NCBI GenBank assembly: GCA_010909165.1
Contig: VJWM01000227.1
Coordinates: 229,915 to 293,914 of the forward strand
DNA: 64,000 nt
Direction: 5' to 3'
Source: Anthoceros angustus
Taxonomy: Eukaryota; Plantae; Anthocerotophyta
The notes under the pieces: model-generated
Told to the model about the DNA's origin: nothing
What the model saw: only the letters and a program-made list of their open reading frames with translations
The model's database searches: none
Translations under genes and position numbers: made by a program
Shown here: positions 55,211 to 64,000 of the stretch, one piece after another
How positions within the stretch are numbered: the stretch's first letter is position 1
Layout of the letters: each line of letters begins with the position of its first letter

Positions 55211-55636
55211 AGGATTATCTGCCCCTGGGGAGGCACGAAGCTAAGGAGCGAGAAGCCTCGCTTATCGATCGACCCCATACCGATTCATGTATGGGGACAT
55301 TTCGAGCCCTCAAGGAGGGAGAGCTTGAGCGGGCGCCCAAGGGCCGGAGGCCCCGTAGAGCGTGCAAGGGCGCCTGAGGTGGGGGTCGCCCTTCAAGACC
55401 AAGCGACTCGGAGGAGGACGAGGGATTCCTGACTCCATACGTCTGAGCGAACCCCTCACCACCTGTGAAGTTTGGGAGGCGATTCCCTTCCTCCTTTTGG
55501 TGCCCTCCGAGCAGCAAGATGTGAGGGAGCCGATGGAGGGCGCATGGCCCGCACCGATGTAACAGTACCAACAACCACGACGGCCGAGCCCCGACGAACC
55601 GGGAGCCAAGAGGCGGAAGACGGTGCCGCTTACCAA
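55211..55636 (+). repeat. Apparently identical copy of 54237-54662
   Basis: aaggattatctgcccctgggg...gccgcttacca is present at both places. Confidence 0.9.
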
Positions 55637-55879
55637 ACCATTCACCTACTCTATAGGGCTAACTTGGGACTCCTCGTGCTAGAGCCAACTCCGAATCCAT
55701 CACGATGGCTAAATTTCGTGATCCGCCCACTTCCTGCTCATCAAGCTATCGCTCTCCCCAAGGCCCTTGAGTCTTCGGGCCCCCCGCATCGCCGCTGTGA
55801 GTCGGTGAAGGCTACCAAACATTATCAAGGGTTTGCCGACCTCCGCCAAAAGGGCTCCGGGCTTTGGTCTTAAGCCGCC

Positions 55880-57750
55880 GAGCATTCAAAGAAACCACTG
55901 CGCTTGCAGAGAGTCCTTCTCACGATACACACACCTCCTTGGCCTGCTGCGCAAGTCCTCTCATGGGCCTCAATGTCAATTCTTCTCAAGATCGTAGCAC
56001 TCATACCCATTGATCCGTGGAATATATCCGCACACCTCAAGTCATCAATAGCAATACAATTCCGTCCACAAGAGGGGCCGCCAATAACGTTGTCCCACCC
56101 TGTAGCAAGCGTCCAAAACCCAATCTCTTTGGAGAAGGTTTTGATAAGTTTCATCATAAGCCCCAGGCCTCGGTATGGGCATACCACCAGCCTTGTCTTG
56201 TGACATGTACACTGCTTTCTTCACAACCGTATCATGAGCGATCAGATCTCCCATTGTTGAAAGTACTGCATGGCATTTGGCATCATTGGAACTATCCCCA
56301 ACCATCTTCATTCCCCAACCCACCGTGACATATTCCACGCTTCAAACCCACCCTCATTGTTCATGTTCGCCTTGTCCCATACAAATGAGACCAAGCCCCT
56401 TTCTTGCTCCACTTCGATCGACTCACTGTGAGCCTCCACACCATGCATGACAATCATTCTCAACTCATCGAAGTTGTTTTCTCCGCAAAGCTCGCAAAAC
56501 AAGGTCCATCATCCGCTTGTCAACTGCTTGTCCAAGGCCCAATTTGAAACCCCTTGAACGCCCATCACAAGAAGTGTGTACTTGTCCTCTCGAAATCCTC
56601 GCATGTCTAACACATCTCGCTTCCACTTGGTATTGTACTTGTTTTTCCGAGGATGGAACATTGAAGACCTCCAATCCTTCCTCAAGGTCCTTGTCCACCA
56701 AAGCACGCCGTCTCCTCCGCCCTTTCCAATTATTAACTTCAAAATGAAATGTTGGAAGACATCCGAAGTTTGGAAAGACCTCAATATCCTTCCTTCTGGC
56801 CAAACACATGATTGTTAGTCCAAACCCAAAACAGAGAGGGCGCCGGCCGCCGAGGACCTTGCGACACATGTGAAACTCACCTTTCCAAAGAAAAGCTTGA
56901 AAGCGGGACAAGATCCGTCCGTCAATGCAACGGATATTCTTCGACCTCCTCGAATGAAGAGCACCCTGTGTTTGACCATCGCAACTTGTATGACATGGAA
57001 CTTCTTCCGCAACGTGATCTCCTCATCCATGCCCTTCAAATCAATAAGCCCAAAAACTTTTCTCGTAGTCACCGTAATTTGCTGCCCACACTCCACCGGT
57101 ATTCCTTGAAGGATTTCCATGGCTTTGCCAACATGTCCTTCGGCTTTACGACACGTGTCCACTTGCTTCCTCGTCACGCCACCTTCGCTTCCTTTCCTTT
57201 CTTGCTTATCCTCACCGGTAAATGCTTCTTCTGTTCTGAGTTCCACCTCCCACTTTGAAAAAATCAAGTCCACATTGTCCCACACCTTCCTCCTCGCTTG
57301 GCAATGCATAAAATGTGTGCGATTGTTCACTTTGTTCTCGCTTGTAGACATCGCCTTCGCGCCTTCATCATCCTCAATCAATCCCAAGCACTTTGTAGAT
57401 TGTACTTCCATGCCATGGTCATCTCAGACACCTTCGCTTTGCAATCAGCTCATCTCTTAAGTATCTGGACCGCCAATGAAGTTCATCTCTTCATGTCCGA
57501 CATGAAACCAAATAGTGCACGGAATAGGAAGAAGAAAGCAAGAAATACGCTCAGGATATAGACCTCTTCTTCATCGTGCATTTCCACCAAGAACGCAGAA
57601 GACGCCATCGTATCCACCCTCTCGCTTGAGGGATTCAGCCACGCCACTGTTGTCGAGAAAATTGGCAAATTGGAACTTAAGACCTCCACACACCTCCCTT
57701 GATGAGGCATGGGCCAATTATTTGGCCCAGTTATTTCAAGGAATAGAAGG
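55880..57750 (-). pseudogene. Frameshifted ParB/Srx-like domain + beta-class DNA amino-methyltransferase (N6-adenine/N4-cytosine; N6_N4_Mtase-like)
   Basis: Minus-strand motifs in beta-class order: YDGVFCVLGGN.R (57575-57617, ParB-like); KYTLLVM....GF..G.WD (56551-56586, expected D-x-P-Y site, degenerate); FVWDKAN (56365-56385); EYVTVGW (56315-56335); CPY..LGLMMKLIKTFSKE; DWVLDAC (56104-56124); GTTLLAA (56076-56097); GRNCIAIDD (56041-56067). Confidence 0.72.
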
Positions 57751-59565
57751 GTATTGCCACTCTTATGTATGATTGATCCAAAGTATGATCCAGCAAGCTT
57801 GATCGAAGCGAGCGAGGGCGTACGCTAGGGGTTCTTTCAACCACTATGCGCTGGAAACATCTATGATATCCTCACTGGAAGAAGAGGTTCTTTCTCGTCC
57901 TTTGCGGTGCTTGCCACGGATCATCCGATTGGGTGCACCACAACCGCTGACGGCTTTCCTTGAGCGCCTGCTGGTCATCGCTCTGACAGGAGAGGCAGGC
58001 CGGCCGCGCCTCCCTCCTTCTTCCTCCCGCCAACCTCGCCTCACCCCACGCCTCTTCCTCCTGGGGATCCAACAACACCTCTTCCACGTCCGCTGGAAGG
58101 GCTCCGCAAAGTTTGCGCCGCCGGCCCTCCCCATCTCCTGTTGAAACCGGATAAACCAGTTGGGATCCGGAGGCAAGTCGCCGCCCACCCTTCATCACAC
58201 GGCGCCGGCCGCCGCCAAGACTCGTTTCCGATAGGCAATGGTTGGGACAACCATTGACGCCATGCATGCCAATGCTGTGCATATGCATCCCTATGTTCGC
58301 CCATGCCCCCGTAAACTTCTTCCTCCGAATGCCCGAGCACGTCGAATGGGGCCATCTTCCTCATCCGATGGGCCAAGTTCACTGGGAGGGGCCGACTCCC
58401 CGCCTCTTCAAGATTTCTTTGATGGGCTGCCTCACCCTTCTCATTGATAGCTCCTCCTGATCCACAACGTCTGGTAATCTTCCCACATAGCCTCGATGAG
58501 GGCCATTCACCAATATATCGGAAAACAGAAAAGCGAAAGTCACGCTACCATCAAAGTCTCATGGTTTTGAAAAGACATTTGAGTACCATGAGGTTGGCGC
58601 ATGCACTCGAACTCTTCGACTATGAGCGAGGTGCACATTTCTTGGCATTGAACCCTCCGAGGTCGAGAACATAAGACCATATCCCCGGATCATGCCAAAC
58701 TCATATGGCCCGGTGGTGCAAAATAACGAAACTCTCCCCTCATTCATATCCATTGTTGCCTTACACCAACCAGCCTCTTTGATTGGGCAAAGCTATATCC
58801 CATTATCCGTAGTTTCAAAGGGGTCCATGCCGCCGCTTTCATCTTCCGATGCGGATCCCGGACGAGCATCCAATCCTTCCGCAAAATGAGAACAGGTCAA
58901 CTGCCACCCGCCTACTTGGATGTGCACCTCGTAGTGCAGATGGAATTGGGGTGGCCACATGCTTTGAACTTTTGGTGCTTCATTCCCACCCTTGCCCGCC
59001 ACAGCCTTTGTTCGGCTAGTCTTCCTCAAGACATGCTCGATTTTGCCTCCCCAGGGCTTTATGCCCTCCCACACCTCCGGATGCGAGTGCGCCCCATTGC
59101 CTTGCACTCGACCGCTGTGGCGCCTCGAACTTCTTCTCCGCCTCCGCTTTGTTTCTTCGATTGCGCTGGCGGGCGGATCGCCACCGCCGCCAGTCCTTCT
59201 TGCTCCGCCTCCCGCCGCCATCTTCGTTAGCGAAACGCCGCTGCATCACAAGACAACGCGAACGAGAAACCAATCGCCGCCGCAAAGAGAAATGCAAGGA
59301 AGGACACTGCTCACATGAAGAGGGCCGAACCTCTCGCAAAACCGCCGATTGATGCTGTTCGATGGCTTCCAACCGCCTCACCTCGGCGATCGCCGCAGAT
59401 TGCTCAATCTCTCTGGCCGCAAGGGAGGATGCCCGAATTCCACCGCAATTGTCGCTCCAAATCGATGCAACACCGCCGTATGCACTCGCCTCATTTCTCC
59501 TCGGATCGAAATACGCCCACAACGCCACACCGCCACGCAACTAGCAAGAGAAAGAGGGTTGTAAT

Positions 59566-59590
59566 TAGGGTTTCGCCCCTGCATTTATAG
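59566..59590 (-). promoter_or_regulatory. Candidate minus-strand core promoter: TATA box followed by a telo-box
   Basis: The minus strand reads ctataaatgc...aaaccctaa, followed by a pyrimidine-rich leader towards the 57.8-59.2 kb ORF remnants. Confidence 0.35.
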
Positions 59591-60559
59591 CCCAAAACTT
59601 CGAATTACCTTATGACACCATATTTCGATATGCCCTAATATAAACTCCTCTATCCATAATCACATTGACTCGTGACGGCCGGGCAATAATTGTACCATAG
59701 GCATGACGCGCACCGTTGATACTCTCACCGATAGTCCATCATGATCTCGAACTACAGAAATAATGTCCTTTATATCTTTGCGATAGGCCTACTAAGGCAC
59801 ACACCGCCATTCGCATGCATCTTCCTTGTCCATTCTCCTCTAGTTGTCTCGCCCAGAGGCCTGTCGCTTCCATGTCCACGGCGGGGCGCTCAGAGGTTAT
59901 GAACGACGGCATACAATGTTGCGCTCACCCACACCCGGAAGGAGAAGAGGTTTGAGTTCTTCCTTCAAGACTTCCTTTCCTCGGCCTTGTTTTGGATTCT
60001 AAGTTGTTATTTTTCGATCGATTCACCGGCTTTCGTGATAATCTCGGGCACAACACAAGCCTTCCCAATGTCCGGTGCTTCACATAAAAAGAGAAGGAAG
60101 AGGTCAGACAGCCGCCACATCACCGCATCCGCCGCAACCCGCCGTGGTGCATTTTGCCATTGCGTAAGAACGATGATGATGAAGGTTGATTTGTTCCTTC
60201 ATTGGTAGTGATGATGCTGTGAAAATCCATATGGTGTGATCCCTGAATATTCTGCATTGGCATTAGACGAAGACGCCGACATTTGGCCGCCAAATGTCCC
60301 ACGGGGTGTTCCTCCAACACCTAGGAATGTGCATCGTTATGCTGCTTTGGAGGGAAGCCCATCCAACCGCTCTCACCCTTCCCAATGTCAGTGACGTTCC
60401 CCCGGGAGATAGACCGATGGTTCCACGCCGTGGCTTGTTTCATGAGGATAATGTAGCTCGCCTGCACTCACCGGATGATGAAGGGCCCATTGGGGACGAC
60501 GAGGATTCGGTCCACTTCAAGACACCTGCTGCATGTCGTTCCTTCCATCCGAAGCCTCT

Positions 60560-62959
60560 GAGTGAGACTTTGAAGGCCCCGACAAGCGCAGTTATTGTTT
60601 CACGCCAGAGACGCGCAGCTGGAGTGTCGTTGAGAAAAAGTGAAGGGGAGACAATGACTGCAGATTTCAAGAAGCCTTGTTGCAACAACATGTGTCTGCT
60701 GAAGCTGACCAAAGAGCGATTTCAGGAGCAGCGATACCGCTTTCTTCGGATGGGGAGGCAGGAACAGGAGACATTTCTTCAGTCCCTTGTTCAATCGGAT
60801 GGAGTGCATGGTGATAGAAGGAAAAGCGGTCACACATCTCATGGGAGCGACTTGCGCGCTTGAAGGCTTCAAAAGAGTGTATTGCCTTGGGCAAGAGGTA
60901 TGAGGAGCTAAAGAGCGTAGTCATTCTGGAATCACCTTGGGATGGATTCGGACCAAACCAAGGCACAATCTACTTGCGCGCTTGATGCCATTTCTTGGAT
61001 GGACAAAGCTTTTACGCTTATGTGGCCGAGCCTTCAAAATTTGGAAGTTTTCAATCTACCCGAGTTGGAAATATGGACCTTGTACAAGCGTCAGTGTGAA
61101 AGCTCTAGCATACGCTATGTGAAGTATCCATGGTTCTTAAAACCCTGGAGAAGCAACTACCCAAGAGTGAAAATCAAGTCCAACAGATTAACATGCTCGC
61201 GCAGTCCTAAGAGCATAAGAATACAAAGCAAGATCAAGGTAAATTGAACCAATGTGTCCTCATTGGCTTGTTCCTCCGGTGAATTTTGGCTATCATGCAC
61301 CGGATGTTCCTCTGTCTCCTTCCGTCATGATGCATGTACTGCATGCAATACTTACCATGGATTGGGTTTCCCACAATATTGATAGCGCGCGGCTGGCCGG
61401 CGCCTCTAGAGGTCGTAAAGCCCCTCTCAGAAAATGGGAAGGCCACGCGCGCCAACTGCTGATGATGATTCGAGACCCTCCCAAATGAAAAGGAGGGAGG
61501 CCGCGCGCCCCCCACTATCTCGCCGCATGGATGTTTGCACTCTCAAAATAAGGTTTGTATAGGTTGATGGTTTCTTTGTCCGCCGAGTTGGGGGTCTATT
61601 TTATTGCGATTATGATGTTTGTATGTGGCACGTAGAAATTTCAGGTTGCTTTGAAGCACATCGTGCGGCTCCACCAGAACGGCAAAATGGCTAAACATGT
61701 GAGCAAGAGCTATGTGGAGCCACATAAGTATATGTCCAATTGATGGAATGGACCAAAAAGACAGAGATCATCTTCTCCTGGCGAAAAACCTCGAGAGGAG
61801 TGTCGATTCACCACGTGGTTGGGTGCATGATTCACAACTAACGCAAAAGCTAGAGCCTATTTGCATTATGCGAATTTATGAACGACGAATCTTACGATCA
61901 CCATCATTCGTGACGTTATACATAATTACGAGGGTGTCCCGCCAAGAGTTTTGTATTTGGCTGGACAACACATGCTGGAGAATAAGAACCACCGCTTTTG
62001 CATATCCGAACATGCTTGTTGATATGGGTACTTTTGAAAAGTGAAAGTGGGATTCCTTTGGTCGGGCATACTCATGATCAAATCGACTGATGTTTTCTTG
62101 CTTCTCCAAAAGCTTGAAAACATAAAGAAGCTCACACCCTTCCGCATTGTCGAGATCTTGATGCAAGCGACACTCCAACACCGAGGTAAAGATATTGACC
62201 TGTGGCAGACTTGTCATATGTGTGGCCTATTACACAAGGCCGAGAGGACTCACTTATGGGCGGCAGAAAGAGATTGAACAACTTATCGCTCCAAAGACCC
62301 AGCTTTAAAATAACACGTGAAGAGAAAGCGGACCGTGGTTTGTGATGCTAAGGAGCAAGCACTCGACCTCGCCACTGGGAAATCAAGGGGTTTGAGTTTT
62401 GAAATTTGTGCCTTCGGACACTATAATACCGCGCCTTGACCGCACCGCACAAGGGATAAAAAGGAAGCTGTACTATTATCACCAACCGCAGCTGCTCATC
62501 TAAAGGACGGTCTTCTAACTTAGGCCTTATGTGACAAGTGAGTTTTATGGTGGGAAGCTCGGGACCAAGAGGAGATTGTCATATTGTGGAAAACAACATT
62601 GGCCTTGTTACACAAACCTTGGAGGTGGTACAGATCCGGCGGAAGGTACACCCAACCTCTCATGTTCGAAGCACTCACGAGGAGGCATTCGAGGGAGCTC
62701 CCAACGAGATATGTATTTGGGAGCATACCAAACCGAGGGAGGCAACAACAAGAAATGTCACGATTGAATGGTGATATCGTAGAAAAATGTGGGGATGTTA
62801 GTTGCGCTCATGACACGTACACGCAAAATAGACCGCCGGATTGGGAAGGTGACCGGTGTTAAACTACATGCACCATGTACCTCACTTCCTTGTCATTGGT
62901 ACAGAATCGAACATACGATGCGATTTAAGGAGGTGGAAGAATATTTAACGGAGGGATGG
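60560..62959 (+). mobile_element. DUF7869-type (Sola-like) DDE transposase relic, frameshifted
   Basis: CCNNMCL..L.KERFQEQRYRF..M...EQ..FL (60678 onward); LP.LEIW.LY...W...YPRVKIK; IDGMDQ (61739-61756); LDN...ENKN (61961-61989); KVKVGF..GHTHDQID (62038-62087). Confidence 0.75.
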
Positions 62960-63894
62960 TGTGGGCTATGCACTCGGGAGTTAGAAATAAGTAGGGTTTC
63001 GCTTTAGGATTGAAGGATAAATAAGGCGGAAAAGGAGGAATAAATTGGGGTAGCGCCGGACGAGGCTCGAGTATACTCCGACTGAGTGAACAACGGACCC
63101 CTGCACTATGGCAAGCTCCGACTACGCCGAGTAACGGATAAGTCCGAACCCACCTGTGTCAAAACAGATAAGTACGCCTGGAAAGTAACCCAGGAGCGAG
63201 GCGTGAGGATGACGAGGCGGCGCCACGGACGGCCCCGAGTGGAGGTCGGGCATGCAGAGGCCAGACCGTAACCTGCTGAGGCCGCAGGCAGTATTCACGC
63301 CTGGCGCGCGCGCGGCGTAAGCCGAGGGTCGAGTAAGCCATGCACTCGCGCACGGACAACGAAGAGGCGCCTTCCGCAGCCAGCTTACTTCCACAAGCGG
63401 CCAAGGAGGAGGTCATTGCCAGCCCGCATCCTCACAGCCTTGCGCCCGCAATCCGGCGCTTTTTGGGCGCCCCACTTAGAGCGTGGCGCACCGAAGGTTG
63501 GAGCAGACCCTACGCCCGCTTTTCGGCCTTACGCCGCAGCGCTGGGCGTGAATACCGCTATAACGGCCTCGCAAGGTTACGGCCCGCCTATCGCATGCCC
63601 GACCTCCACTGTGGCCGCCCACGTGGCGCCCGTCTCTCACGCCCGCCTCCTAGGTTACTTTCGATTTATCCTATTTTGACTGGAGTGGGTTCCGGACTTA
63701 TCCGTTACTCGGCGTAGTCCGGAGCTTGCCATAGTGGTACCGGGGTCCGTTGTTCACTCCAGTCCGGAGTATACTCCGAGCCTCGTCCAAGCGCCACCCC
63801 AATTTATTCCTCCTTTTCCGCCTTATTTATCCTTCAATCCTAAAAAACAAACCCTACTTATTTCTTAACTCCCCATGGAAGTGCATAGCCCACA
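62960..63894. repeat. Two truncated gypsy LTRs joined tail-to-tail in inverted orientation
   Basis: The forward copy starts TGTGGG at 62960 and runs to about 63505. The reverse copy runs from CCCACA at 63894 back to about 63507. About 370 bp of mutual complementarity. Confidence 0.9.
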
Positions 63895-64000
63895 ATATCA
63901 TTGGTACAATAGGTAGTTACAGGAAGGCATTCGAGGGACTAGGACTTCCTTTAACCATTAGCCCTTTTGGGGTTGTTCCTCCTCGAACTTGAGGGGTAGA

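Noticed and set aside
62883-63907. TCATTGGTACA at about 62893 and about 63898 as the TSD of the inverted LTR pair
   Set aside because: The left copy is about 57 bp from the LTR start and the length does not fit a gypsy TSD; probably chance or repair-related.

Overview
Eukaryotic nuclear DNA, most likely from a compact-genome non-seed land plant or streptophyte: about 50% GC, introns of 60-170 bp and plastid genes such as PGR5. A hornwort is plausible, but that is inference. 1-18.3 kb is a nested LTR block: a Ty3/gypsy element (gag end, PR, RT, RH, IN) whose unusually long, ORF-bearing 3' LTR (9154-13920) interrupts a Ty1/copia integrase. Next come a PIF/Harbinger relic and six spliced host genes: PGR5 (+), a BOR1-type borate exporter (-), a DUF569 protein (-), INO80 (+), a bacterial-type fructose-6-phosphate-aldolase/TalC-family enzyme (+) and an Mpv17/PMP22 protein (-). 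Four of the six have degenerate local partial duplicates. 49.9-64 kb is again mobile DNA: a MITE-like element, gypsy LTR fragments, a frameshifted ParB-like + beta-class (N6mA/N4mC) DNA methyltransferase gene on the minus strand, a divergent DUF7869/Sola-like DDE transposase relic, and an inverted pair of truncated LTRs. The best candidate for a new system is the ParB-amino-methyltransferase lying divergent to the DDE transposase. Repeats are full of small indels while host exons are nearly clean, so some frameshifts and tandem copies may be consensus or assembly errors. No database searches were possible; all family calls rest on motifs recognised by eye.
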